Of a DNA stretch of 64,000 nt, positions 9,489 to 18,870 are shown one piece after another. A program made the translations under genes and the position numbers. Every line of letters begins with the position of its first letter. The stretch's first letter is position 1. A model generated the notes under the pieces. The model searched no databases, was not told where the DNA came from, and saw only the letters and a list, made by a program, of their open reading frames with translations. This stretch comes from a virus (taxonomy: Duplodnaviria; Caudoviricetes). Where the stretch lies: IMG/VR virus record IMGVR_UViG_3300031555_005762, positions 1-64,000 of that record; one strand, given 5' to 3'.

Positions 9489-9884
9489 TTATTCTTCGTC
9501 CGGATCCAGATCCTTCAGCATGGCCAGCAGTTCTTCCGGAGACTTGGACTTCAGGGCGTTTTCTTTCTGTTCAGCCAGGGCCTGCAGGATCTTCTTTCTC
9601 TGGATCTGCTGTTCTGCCTTTGCCTTGCGGGCTGCCTTTTCGTTCTGTTTCAGTTCGAAGATGGTTTTGACGATTTCGATTTTGGCAGCGAGGATGGTGT
9701 CTTCCTTATTGCGGGTGGTCATGAGGCTGTCCTCTTCAGCCTTCTTCTGTTCGGACTTGAGGGACTTATAGATGGCGTCCAGATCAGTTTCGGACAAATC
9801 GAAGAGGTCTTCGGTGGTGATTTCGCCCTTGAAATGGTAACGGAATTTGTTTCTGGCGGCGAGTTCAAAGATGTTCTGTTCCAT
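9489..9884 (-). CDS. Conserved phage coiled-coil protein
   Basis: RBS then MEQNIFELAARNKFRY...TEDLFDLS...LDAIYKSL. Confidence 0.8.
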   Translation of the reverse strand: MEQNIFELAARNKFRYHFKGEITTEDLFDLSETDLDAIYKSLKSEQKKAEEDSLMTTRNKEDTILAAKIEIVKTIFELKQNEKAARKAKAEQQIQRKKILQALAEQKENALKSKSPEELLAMLKDLDPDEE

Positions 9885-9897
9885 ATTTGGTTCTCCT

Positions 9898-11064
9898 TTA
9901 ATCATAGATATCGTTTCTGGTTCTGCCGTGGGAACTGTAATGTATATTGGCTGCAATATCCAGAAAAGTAGCGTCCATGGGCTTTTCATCCATATGGGTG
10001 ACTGCAAAATTTGAAGTCATGTTCTCAGAGGAATGACAACGAAGGTCTGATTGTACGGCAATGAGTGTAGAAGCAATAGATAGTTCTCCATACCGCAGAC
10101 TTCCCTGCCACGGATTGTCCACATTGGTCTGGTCGGCAGGGATACCAAGCTCTTCCCGGCTGGATTCTTTCCACATAGGGCCTGCGCCGTGTCGGGTTTC
10201 GTAAGTACGCATGACGTAACACACTTCTGTCGGGATTTTACTTCCTGTTTTTGTTTCCAGGTCGGCAAGCAGTCTGGCTGGTTCCTTCAGTCCTGTGCTG
10301 CAGGGGGTTGCATGGTGTTTGTCTTCGGCATAGTCAGGATCCAGACCGAGCCCCTGTCCGTTTTCGAACACCAGATGGTCGTACCTTGGCAGGATATCGT
10401 CCTCGGCCAGTTTTACGTGGTCAAGAAAAAAGTTCACGTCGTCCATGAAAACCTTGTCTATATCTGCACCCCAGTCGAACAGGAAGATAGAATCCTTCTC
10501 CGGGATCGTCATGTCGTATTCTTTGATTCTACGGGGCAGGTACTGTTCCCGTATGGCTTTCATGTACAGGAAGTAGGTGCTTCTGGAAAATTCGCGGAGT
10601 TTCTGCAGGGTCAGGGGTTCGTCGCTTTTCTTATTTCGTTCGATGGTTTCCCACACGCCACAGCCGCAAGAGCCGTGACGGTCTTCCCCGCGCATGGTTT
10701 CCACGGTCTGGTTGATATAGACGTCATACGGGGTTGTGACGATGCAGGAGGGGTTTACGTACACGGTAGGGTGTATACCCATCTTTTCCAGTTCTTCCCA
10801 TTCTTCGCGGAAAATCATAGGACTGACTATAAAGTTTCCTGCGATATAGGTATCTGCTCCGGCGAAGGTTCCGGATCCGATATGGCGGAACACATGGGTC
10901 TGGCCTTCCGGGGTTACTACGGTATGGCCTCTCTGGGCAGCACCGGCGGCGAAGACTGTACAGGTCTTTTTGCCGCTCTGTACGGCTCTGTGGGCGAAGT
11001 AGTCGGTCATGAGTCCTTTTCCTTCGTCACCGTATCTACATCCGATTACAACTTCAGCGGTCAT
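9898..11064 (-). CDS. Divergent adenylosuccinate synthetase-family protein (PurA-like, not PurZ)
   Basis: YGDEGKG P-loop, GHTVV, HIGSG, FENGQG, TYETRHGAGP, THMD; the aspartate-binding loop is replaced. Confidence 0.88.
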   Translation of the reverse strand: MTAEVVIGCRYGDEGKGLMTDYFAHRAVQSGKKTCTVFAAGAAQRGHTVVTPEGQTHVFRHIGSGTFAGADTYIAGNFIVSPMIFREEWEELEKMGIHPTVYVNPSCIVTTPYDVYINQTVETMRGEDRHGSCGCGVWETIERNKKSDEPLTLQKLREFSRSTYFLYMKAIREQYLPRRIKEYDMTIPEKDSIFLFDWGADIDKVFMDDVNFFLDHVKLAEDDILPRYDHLVFENGQGLGLDPDYAEDKHHATPCSTGLKEPARLLADLETKTGSKIPTEVCYVMRTYETRHGAGPMWKESSREELGIPADQTNVDNPWQGSLRYGELSIASTLIAVQSDLRCHSSENMTSNFAVTHMDEKPMDATFLDIAANIHYSSHGRTRNDIYD

Positions 11065-11299
11065 ACGTGTTCTCACTTTCTGGATTATTTTCTTTTTTCC
11101 GATATTTTTCCAATTCGATTTCCAGTTTTACAACGTATCGGTACAGAAGGAGATAACACAGAACGACGATGACAATGATGATTCTGGAAATCAAGAAAAA
11201 CAGAAAATCGGGATTCTGCGGGATCCAAAACAGGTTTATAAAGGATGCGCTAAGGGAACCTGTCAGCGAGATAAGACAGCATTTCTGATGATTTTTCAT
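11054..11299 (-). CDS. Small two-TM membrane protein
   Basis: 81 aa with hydrophobic segments, overlapping the start of the PurA-like gene. Confidence 0.65.
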   Translation of the reverse strand: MKNHQKCCLISLTGSLSASFINLFWIPQNPDFLFFLISRIIIVIVVLCYLLLYRYVVKLEIELEKYRKKENNPESENTYDR

Positions 11300-11303
11300 A
11301 GCA

Positions 11304-12194
11304 TTACCACACGATATATCCGTTTTCGTCGGTCTGGGCGGCGGTGGAGGGTGTGGAGATGAATGCGGTTCTGGATGCGGCGTTGTCCTTTACGATCTGG
11401 ATAATGGCGTCGGCCACCTCTTCAGTCTTTACGGTTCTGGCACGTTCGCCAAGATATTCCTGGAATGTGGTCAGGCAGTTCTGGAAGTGATCATCGTAAT
11501 AGGAACTGTTGAGATGGTTGACGTTCAGGTGGTAGATATCAAACTTTTCGGCAACCTTCGGGTACAGGTCTTTGGTTTCTACGTCGGTCTGGTTTGTGTC
11601 TCCTGTAACACGGTTCAGATCTGCACAGGGGAGATAGGGATTCAGGGTTTCGTCGCCCATGGTGATGATGATGCCCTTCTGGCCACGCTTCCAGCAGTCC
11701 AGATCGGTATGGTACAGGCCGAAATACCATGCGGCGGTATAGGATTCGTACTTATTCCCGCCGCCGCCGGCTTCGAAATACAGTTTGTCCAGCTGTTCGG
11801 AGATGCGGATATCGGATTCAAACTGGCTGGCCTGGATGGGGGCTCTGTCGTATGCCAGATCTCCGATGCCCATGGTCAGGAACTGGACATCCTTTACGGA
11901 ATCGTACAGTTTGGTCATGACTACGTTGAGGGTTTTCGCTACCTCCACGGCTGCCGATCCCATGGAACCGGTTACATCCAGAGCCAGGATTACGGGGATG
12001 GTTTCCGGGTGTTCTTCGCTGTCACGGCATTCCCGGATGACGCCTTTGGGATCCAGTGCGGGATCCAGATGCCGGCTTTTATACAGCTCCTGTGCGCTGC
12101 CGGAGAAATCCAGAAGACCGTCTGCGGACACAGACATTCCTTTAGCGAGGGAGGTTGTTACGTATGATTTGGCGCTCCATGAACCGTATCCCAT
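11304..12194 (-). CDS. von Willebrand factor A (vWA) domain protein
   Basis: MIDAS-like ILALDVTGSMG, GIGD, EAGGGGNKYESY, IITMGDE. Confidence 0.85.
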   Translation of the reverse strand: MGYGSWSAKSYVTTSLAKGMSVSADGLLDFSGSAQELYKSRHLDPALDPKGVIRECRDSEEHPETIPVILALDVTGSMGSAAVEVAKTLNVVMTKLYDSVKDVQFLTMGIGDLAYDRAPIQASQFESDIRISEQLDKLYFEAGGGGNKYESYTAAWYFGLYHTDLDCWKRGQKGIIITMGDETLNPYLPCADLNRVTGDTNQTDVETKDLYPKVAEKFDIYHLNVNHLNSSYYDDHFQNCLTTFQEYLGERARTVKTEEVADAIIQIVKDNAASRTAFISTPSTAAQTDENGYIVW

Positions 12195-12784
12195 TATGCT
12201 TCCTCCGTTTCTGCTTCGGTTTCTTCTTCGTCATCGAAGTCGAACATACCATCGAACATATCTTCCATGTCACCGCCCATCATCATAGACATAACCATCA
12301 TATTTTTCATGTCTCCGCCGGTGCCGCCGCCTTTCATCATTTCCCCGAGCATCATCATTTTCATGATCTTCTTCATGCCCTTTTCGCCCTTCAGGCCGCT
12401 GCCGGAGCCGAACATGGAGATGACCTTGCCGTAGAAATAGGTATTGCCCATGAATACATGCCGTTCGGGAAGGATGGTTTTGACACTGGAATCTTCGTAG
12501 TCGATGACGGTGATCTGCTTCTTGCCGGGTTCGATGACGCACTTGGGCTTGCCGCCTACGAGGATGATATCGCCGGCTTCTACTTTATTGGTGGGCATGA
12601 CCATGAAGAATTCGTCCATGGCGTCGCCGCTGAACAGGAAGCCGCTGCAGTTGACGAGATTGCCGGTCTTGAGGTTATAGGACTTATAACCGGTGCTGGT
12701 TTTAACGGCGATATCGCCGTTCATGGAAAGTCTGCACATGCCGGAGCCGAGTTTGCCGCACATGCCGGATGCGATGTTGAACAT
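12194..12784 (-). CDS. Hypothetical protein with Met/Gly-rich and acidic C-terminus
   Basis: 196 aa ORF, TAATG coupling to the vWA gene. Confidence 0.8.
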   Translation of the reverse strand: MFNIASGMCGKLGSGMCRLSMNGDIAVKTSTGYKSYNLKTGNLVNCSGFLFSGDAMDEFFMVMPTNKVEAGDIILVGGKPKCVIEPGKKQITVIDYEDSSVKTILPERHVFMGNTYFYGKVISMFGSGSGLKGEKGMKKIMKMMMLGEMMKGGGTGGDMKNMMVMSMMMGGDMEDMFDGMFDFDDEEETEAETEEA

Positions 12785-12799
12785 AGTTTTGTCTCCTTT

Positions 12800-12988
12800 T
12801 CAGTTCAGTTTGTCATTTGTTATGAATACGCCGATTGCTGTGATAATGAAACCGGCGATGATCATACATACTCTAAGGGAATTTGGATCGTAGGATGGGT
12901 TCCTGATGCCACCAACGGCTCCTCCTGCGATCAGGATCAGGACTCCGATGGTGATAATGAGTAGGCGGATCAGGTTTTGTTTCTGCAT
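12800..12988 (-). CDS. Small membrane protein
   Basis: 62 aa, two hydrophobic helices, RBS. Confidence 0.7.
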   Translation of the reverse strand: MQKQNLIRLLIITIGVLILIAGGAVGGIRNPSYDPNSLRVCMIIAGFIITAIGVFITNDKLN

Positions 12989-12999
12989 AGGGTTCTCCT

Positions 13000-13407
13000 T
13001 TATGCGGAAGCAGATGTAAGGGTTTCAATAATATCCAGTATTGCTTTTTCCGGGAAGTGAATGGCGGTCAGGATGTCGATGGACTGAACAGATACGACAA
13101 TACAAGTGATAATGAAAAAGACAATTGCACAAGTAAAGGATACCGCAAAAAATTCGTCCAACATCCTATTGCCAAATTCATCTTTCTTAACCGAAAAGAA
13201 CCAAATGACAGTCACGATAGCTATAAGAATGGTAATAACAGCAATGAATATAATCCAGAAGATGGATGTTGAGATTTCGTACTGGATCAGGTTCTCACCG
13301 AGGGATTGGACATATGGGAGGATATTTTCCTGTGTCCAGTCGATGACGATGCCGAATTTGCCGCAAAGGTATTCGAGAACTTCGATGATTTCATTACTGA
13401 CGGTCAT
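13000..13407 (-). CDS. Phage membrane protein
   Basis: 135 aa with two TM segments. Confidence 0.75.
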   Translation of the reverse strand: MTVSNEIIEVLEYLCGKFGIVIDWTQENILPYVQSLGENLIQYEISTSIFWIIFIAVITILIAIVTVIWFFSVKKDEFGNRMLDEFFAVSFTCAIVFFIITCIVVSVQSIDILTAIHFPEKAILDIIETLTSASA

Positions 13408-13638
13408 TTAGTCTTCCTCTTCCTCTGCGGAATTTCCCTCTTCGTAATCTACGTTTTCGTCTACATCTCCGGTGTATACAGTAGCTCCACAATGAGAACA
13501 ATGGAATGAACAGCAGTTGAATTCGCTGAGGTTTACGGTAACTTCTTCTTTTCCGTTGATTTCCACGATGTGGTTGGGTTCACATTCATTGCCGCACACA
13601 GGGCAGTCTACAGTAATGCAATAAGACTGGAGTTTCAT
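13408..13638 (-). CDS. Zinc-ribbon protein
   Basis: CPVCG...CSHCG. Confidence 0.75.
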   Translation of the reverse strand: MKLQSYCITVDCPVCGNECEPNHIVEINGKEEVTVNLSEFNCCSFHCSHCGATVYTGDVDENVDYEEGNSAEEEED

Positions 13639-13652
13639 GATAGTATCCTTTC

Positions 13653-15716
13653 TCAGAATTTGATTTTCAGCATTCTTTCGGTGCTGCCGGTGACCTTTAC
13701 GACCAGTTCATTTCTCTGGGTTTCGGAAAATCCGAGGCCGGAGAGCTGGTTTTCGTCGGGTTCTGCCGACATTCTGCTGCCGAGGGCTTCGAAGACTCTG
13801 TTATGTTCCAGCAGTTCGTTCTTCAAGTATTCGTTGAAGAAGCCGCTGGGGGAGTCGGGGTTCTGACAATCCTTCAGGAGGAAGAAGTAGTGCTTGTTGC
13901 CGATACCGGTAGTTTCATTCCAGTAGTTGGGGGAATGGCAGATCAGGGACACGGGGATAAAATTGTTGGTCTGGATGTTCCATACTTCTTTGGAGGACTG
14001 GTCGGAGGGGAGATGGTGAGTGATGGTGAACTGGTTTCCCTTTTTGGTGACAGTGGCTACCTTGACGCTTTCGCCAGTGCGAAGTTCATTGGAATGAGAA
14101 TAGGTATAGATGGTACCGTCGAATTCGATTTCTGCCCGGAAGCTGTTATTACCGGTTCTTCTGGCATAACAATGAACCCAGAAGGCATACGTACCGTCGG
14201 GCATTCCAGAGCGGCTGGGCCATGTGATGTTCTCAACGGCTGCATTCTTTTCAGGTCTTGTGATGTCTACATCCAGCTCTCCTGTGCCGATGCGACGATC
14301 TGCAAAATAGATATGACCGTTCGGGGCCTTGCAGTGGGCGTCCAGGTCGTCGTTACAGTTGCCCTTATCGTTCCACTGGATGCTGAAGCGAAGATCCCCG
14401 GTTACGCTGCCGCCGGCTTTTTCCACGTTCTGGCGGATATCAGAGTCGGCGATGTTTCCGGCATATGCCCAGCTGAAGGGGTTATCCCACTTGAACATGG
14501 AGGGAGCTTCCGGATCCTTGGGAGCGATGAGAGAAACGAGGTTTTTGGTATGCTTCCCTTCCACGTAGACTTCTACCTTACTCGCGGTAGGCAGGACATC
14601 GGCGAGGAATTTTTCGATATGGATTTCTTCCACTCTGTCAAAGGAAAGGGGTTTCTTTTTGGTTTCGGCGGACATAGCGGCGAAGACATCATTGGTATTG
14701 ACGTTCTTCATGCGGCTGACTACGCTTCTGTCGGCGAAGAGGACGTTGTTGACGGTAACGTCATCCAGACGGGCGAATCTTCTGCCGAGGGAGTTCATAT
14801 AGCCCATTTCTTCCAGCTTTGCCTTTGCGTCGTCCAGCATTTTCTGGGTGAAGATGGCCTTGGGACGCTTATAGTTGGTGGGGGCTACGATATTCTCGTA
14901 CCGCTTGACGGCGGTTTCCAGATTCTCACCGTAACTGATGTCGGTCAGGAGGGTGCCGATGCTGTGGTTGCGCATATGGGCGATGACCTCGCCGGTCTGC
15001 AGGTACCACTTCCAGCATTTCAGGTGTTTTGCTTTTTCAGAGGACTGTCTTTCAAATTCTTCCTTGAAAGCCCGGAAAGTCTTCAGCTGGTTCTTCCATT
15101 CGGCACCGCGGTACAGGGAATCCTGGGCGATGAGTTCCAGAACGGTGTTTACGGATTCCAGTGTGATTTCGTTCAGGGAGCGGTAGAACACGGCTTCTCC
15201 GGTTTTGGCGTTGCCGCGGGTGGTACCATGCGTTGAAGCGGGTTTGACGTAGGATGCGGGGAGGAGGGCATGGAGGTGTTCCCACTGTTCGACCTCGCCG
15301 TTCTTATTCTGGCCGATGGTTTTATCGGTGCCGATTCTTCGGGTATCGGTCATATACAGGGAATCGATGCTGCGGCTCTGGATGAAAGTATCCAGCTTCT
15401 TTGTGGTGTTTCCATACTCAGGGTTATCGAAGCCGAAATTCCAGACGGTTTCCATGGAGGGTTCGCCGGTGACGGGGTCTTCTTTGATAATTACTACACC
15501 GCCGAAATTGCGGATGAACTGTTTGCAGGCGTTGCAGTCCAGTTCCCGGCGTTCTCGGAAGAGTTTGTTATGTTCCGGAGGGAAGCTGTCCAGGTAGAGA
15601 TTATAGAGGACGGTTCTGTCATCCGGGGTCAGTTCCACTTCAAACAGGGTGGGGGTGGTGGACAGCATGGCATTCAGGTGATCGGTGAAATCGGTGAGGA
15701 ATTTGTTGAAGTTCAT
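13653..15716 (-). CDS. Large conserved phage protein with YfaP/DUF2135-like beta domain
   Basis: 687 aa; FSIQWND...DDLDAHC...GELDVD...VENITW...GTYAFWVHCY. Confidence 0.8.
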   Translation of the reverse strand: MNFNKFLTDFTDHLNAMLSTTPTLFEVELTPDDRTVLYNLYLDSFPPEHNKLFRERRELDCNACKQFIRNFGGVVIIKEDPVTGEPSMETVWNFGFDNPEYGNTTKKLDTFIQSRSIDSLYMTDTRRIGTDKTIGQNKNGEVEQWEHLHALLPASYVKPASTHGTTRGNAKTGEAVFYRSLNEITLESVNTVLELIAQDSLYRGAEWKNQLKTFRAFKEEFERQSSEKAKHLKCWKWYLQTGEVIAHMRNHSIGTLLTDISYGENLETAVKRYENIVAPTNYKRPKAIFTQKMLDDAKAKLEEMGYMNSLGRRFARLDDVTVNNVLFADRSVVSRMKNVNTNDVFAAMSAETKKKPLSFDRVEEIHIEKFLADVLPTASKVEVYVEGKHTKNLVSLIAPKDPEAPSMFKWDNPFSWAYAGNIADSDIRQNVEKAGGSVTGDLRFSIQWNDKGNCNDDLDAHCKAPNGHIYFADRRIGTGELDVDITRPEKNAAVENITWPSRSGMPDGTYAFWVHCYARRTGNNSFRAEIEFDGTIYTYSHSNELRTGESVKVATVTKKGNQFTITHHLPSDQSSKEVWNIQTNNFIPVSLICHSPNYWNETTGIGNKHYFFLLKDCQNPDSPSGFFNEYLKNELLEHNRVFEALGSRMSAEPDENQLSGLGFSETQRNELVVKVTGSTERMLKIKF

Positions 15717-15727
15717 TCTATATTCTC

Positions 15728-16123
15728 CTATAGGAAAGTATCTTTAAGGGTTTCGTAGAAGATAGTGAAATCGGAAAAATATTGTTTTGTGATCTGAAAA
15801 CCTATAGGAAAATGGGTTTCGGGATCCACAACGCAGTACAGGCACGGGTAGGTTTCCGGGGGCAGGACTTCCTGCATATCGTTTCTGAACCAGCTGAGGT
15901 ATTTTTTCAGGAACTGGAAATCAGCCTCGGTATGGAGGATATACACACGGGCTGTTCTGCCGCTGTCCAGTTCTGCGGGCCATGGGATATGGATATATGG
16001 CATTTTTGCGGCTTCTTCGGCAAGTTTTTTGGCCTTTTCGTATCTTTCGCATTTCTCTTTATCGGAGAACTCGAAGCCGTCGTCGCTATACCAATAGGTT
16101 TTTGTGATGGTTTTTTCGATCAT
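15728..16123 (-). CDS. Hypothetical protein
   Basis: 131 aa; N-terminal YSDDGFEFSDKEKCERYE. Confidence 0.75.
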   Translation of the reverse strand: MIEKTITKTYWYSDDGFEFSDKEKCERYEKAKKLAEEAAKMPYIHIPWPAELDSGRTARVYILHTEADFQFLKKYLSWFRNDMQEVLPPETYPCLYCVVDPETHFPIGFQITKQYFSDFTIFYETLKDTFL

Positions 16124-16132
16124 GAGGTCTCC

Positions 16133-16435
16133 TTATATATCTTTGAATCCACCCATTTGGCGGTCGTCCGGAGGATCCGATGGTGTCAGCCTGCATCTTT
16201 TATTCAGCCATTCTTCCGCTGACTCGATGCTGTCATAATAGCATCCGTACAGTCGGAACATGGGACAGTCTTCGTCCGCCCCTGTGCTGCTGTCATGGAT
16301 TACCATATAAGACAAACCAGACCATGGATCTTCAAGGTATTCTTCCTCTTTGGGATTTCCTTCGTCATCGCAGAGATGCGCATGGAATTTTCCGCCGCAG
16401 AACGGACATGGTTTGGTACGCAGGTTTATGATCAT
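16133..16435 (-). CDS. Lar-family (restriction alleviation-like) zinc protein
   Basis: KPCPFCGG at the N-terminus, later DCP, ends EWLNKR. Confidence 0.6.
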   Translation of the reverse strand: MIINLRTKPCPFCGGKFHAHLCDDEGNPKEEEYLEDPWSGLSYMVIHDSSTGADEDCPMFRLYGCYYDSIESAEEWLNKRCRLTPSDPPDDRQMGGFKDI

Positions 16436-18675
16436 ACGCCCTCCTTATAGGTGGTAAGGAACTGTTTTCTGAGGGTACAGATATTGGTGCGGGTCTGGTC
16501 GGCGAGGGTCATACTGTCGGCAGGGGACATGGTTTCGTGCAGGTGTTTGCACCAGCCGTAGAAGGCGTTTTCCATGGGGGTCAGTAGGCTGCCGGTGTAT
16601 TTGTAACTGCCGGTCTTCAGGGTGGAGACTGCTACGCTTCTGAGGTTCTTCCATTTCTTGTAATACGCCAGTTTCATTTTGGTCATGAAGCCGTGGGCGT
16701 CTTCCAGAACGAAGCCTTCGATATATTCGCCGTTCCATGTATAGTCTTCCTTCAGCATTTCTTCAAACCACGGGACGAAGCTTTGCCAGCTGTCAATGGT
16801 ATAGGCGATCTTTTTGACCTCCAGTCCGAGGTGGTCTGCCAGATTCCACAGGTCTTCGTAAGAGAATTTTTCAAAATTCGGCTGGTTTTTGATGACATCC
16901 AGCAGGACAACCTTGGATTTCGGATACTCGATGATATGGGGATCTTTTTCCATATCACAGCATTCGAACACAAAGGAGACGTTGCCCTGCAGGACATACT
17001 CTTCGATGCGGTTCATGGTTTCTTCGCCGTACTGGCGGTACAGGTTTTCCCGGAAGATATCGGCGAAGGGGCCTCTGGGAGTGGATTTGCTGCAGATAAG
17101 CAGGTCATTCGTTGCGGGATCTCTGCCGACGATGCCCAGAAAACCGTTTTCCTTGACATAGGCTTTTACCGGGAAATGAAGTTTGTAGCGCAGGCTGGAA
17201 AGGGAGGTTTCGGGGCGTTCGTTGATAGCGAAGAACTTATCATAGCTTCTGGCTACGATTTCGTAGGTTTCGTTGTCGATGAACAGACCTCTTGCTTTGG
17301 TGGTGATGCTGTCCCATGCTTTGTCGTTGAATGCCTGTCTTGTGAAATTCAAAGAGGAAACTCTGCCAAAGCGGTTTTCCTTTACGTTCCGGCTGCCCCG
17401 CATTTCATGTACCATCTGATACGTAGTCATGTCTACGTTCTCGCCCGGAAGTCTGGCGTTGTCCTCGGCTTCCTTTTCTTCCTGGGTCTGGAAAACTTCG
17501 TTCTTAACGGCAGCGGTGGTGATACCTTCCTTTGTGATCTGCACGGCTCTCAGGAATCCGCCCCGTTCCACATCTCCTTCCAGATTGTATGTACAGTCTG
17601 TAGTCTGGATGGGGGATTTTTCGACGTTGCGGTGACCGTGGATCTGAATGGCATATCCGTTTGTGTGATTGCAGAAAGATTCGTCCGCAAGGTTTGCTTC
17701 GCTGTAGCGGCCGGTACCCCGGATCAGCTGGTCTGTGGCAACGGTAGTAAGCTCAACGGGCATGTTAGCCAGTCCGCCGTGGGTGATGAGGAAGGTTTTA
17801 TCATAGTAAGTGAAGTAGGCACACTGGCACAGGCGGCGATAGAATTCACGGATGGCTTTCTTGGAAACGCCGGCTTTGTCCAGCTGGGGTTTGGTGACGA
17901 ACTCGAATTCCCTGCTGTCGGCGATTTCGTCATTAGCGTACTTCCAGAGCCATCGTTCATGATTTCCTTCCAGAAATATCATGTTCTTGTGACCGGTCTG
18001 GGTCAGAAGGAAGTTTACGGTTTCGGCATTTTCGATGCCCCTGTCTACGTAGTCACCGGTAAAAATATATAGCTCGTCCGGTTGGATGCCGCCATCCTCT
18101 GCAAAATACTGCTGCAGGACGGTATTGCAGCCGTGGATATCACCGATTACGTGGATTTTCTTCCAGTCGGACAGGACGGCAGGTCTGTACCAGATCTTGT
18201 AGAGTTCGTCCGGCTTCAGAATCTGGATGCCTGCGGGGACTTTTTGGGTTTCGAAGCGGGAGAGCATTTTATCGATGACTTCTTCCGGTACCTGCTTCAG
18301 GAGGGGGCGGGTCATGTTTCGCTGCAGCAGGGTTTCTCTCGGGACATCGGTCATATCGATGCAGTAGATCCGGTAGCGGTACTGGTCGGCCAGGTCTCTG
18401 TAGCGTTTCATCTCTTCCGTTTTGGAATTGGTGGCGTCGATGACAGTGAATTCGCCATGCTGCATTCTGGTTTCGAGAATCTGAAACAGGGTTTTCCATA
18501 CCAGTTTGTCGTTTTCCTGACTGATACGGCAGAAACCGCTTGTGTCCATGGTGGGACTGGCGCACATAAGACGGATGTCATCGGCGCAGAGGGAATAGGG
18601 TTTCAGGGCGTGTTCTTCGATATATGTGGATTTTCCGCAGCCGGGTGCGCCGCGGAACAGGAGGAGGACTCTCAC
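16432..18675 (-). CDS. Trifunctional RNA repair enzyme: polynucleotide kinase, metallophosphoesterase, ATP-dependent RNA ligase
   Basis: GAPGCGKS and IDATN kinase; GDIHG, GDYVDRG, GNHE, HGG, HGH phosphoesterase; ligase motifs KENG, FE, EGFVL, KMK. Confidence 0.92.
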   Translation of the reverse strand: MRVLLLFRGAPGCGKSTYIEEHALKPYSLCADDIRLMCASPTMDTSGFCRISQENDKLVWKTLFQILETRMQHGEFTVIDATNSKTEEMKRYRDLADQYRYRIYCIDMTDVPRETLLQRNMTRPLLKQVPEEVIDKMLSRFETQKVPAGIQILKPDELYKIWYRPAVLSDWKKIHVIGDIHGCNTVLQQYFAEDGGIQPDELYIFTGDYVDRGIENAETVNFLLTQTGHKNMIFLEGNHERWLWKYANDEIADSREFEFVTKPQLDKAGVSKKAIREFYRRLCQCAYFTYYDKTFLITHGGLANMPVELTTVATDQLIRGTGRYSEANLADESFCNHTNGYAIQIHGHRNVEKSPIQTTDCTYNLEGDVERGGFLRAVQITKEGITTAAVKNEVFQTQEEKEAEDNARLPGENVDMTTYQMVHEMRGSRNVKENRFGRVSSLNFTRQAFNDKAWDSITTKARGLFIDNETYEIVARSYDKFFAINERPETSLSSLRYKLHFPVKAYVKENGFLGIVGRDPATNDLLICSKSTPRGPFADIFRENLYRQYGEETMNRIEEYVLQGNVSFVFECCDMEKDPHIIEYPKSKVVLLDVIKNQPNFEKFSYEDLWNLADHLGLEVKKIAYTIDSWQSFVPWFEEMLKEDYTWNGEYIEGFVLEDAHGFMTKMKLAYYKKWKNLRSVAVSTLKTGSYKYTGSLLTPMENAFYGWCKHLHETMSPADSMTLADQTRTNICTLRKQFLTTYKEGV

Positions 18676-18869
18676 TTATGGGTATCTCCTTTCTCTTGGG
18701 TTTTGGATTTGCGGTTCTGCCATTTTCCTTTTAGATAGTCGATGATGTCGGTTTCTTCGTCGAGAAACTGGTAAACAAAAACAAGACCGAAGAATATGGC
18801 TACAAGGGTGAAAACGACAATAAGGATAGACATACAAATGAGGAATGTATTCAGAAGGAATGACCACAT
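18672..18869 (-). CDS. Small membrane protein
   Basis: 65 aa with hydrophobic N-terminal half. Confidence 0.7.
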   Translation of the reverse strand: MWSFLLNTFLICMSILIVVFTLVAIFFGLVFVYQFLDEETDIIDYLKGKWQNRKSKTQEKGDTHK

Positions 18870-18870
18870 A

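Noticed and set aside
9898-11064. PurZ (Z-genome, diaminopurine) pathway
   Set aside because: The P-loop has Asp (GDEGKG), not the PurZ Ser, and no DatZ- or MazZ-like gene is recognisable in the window.
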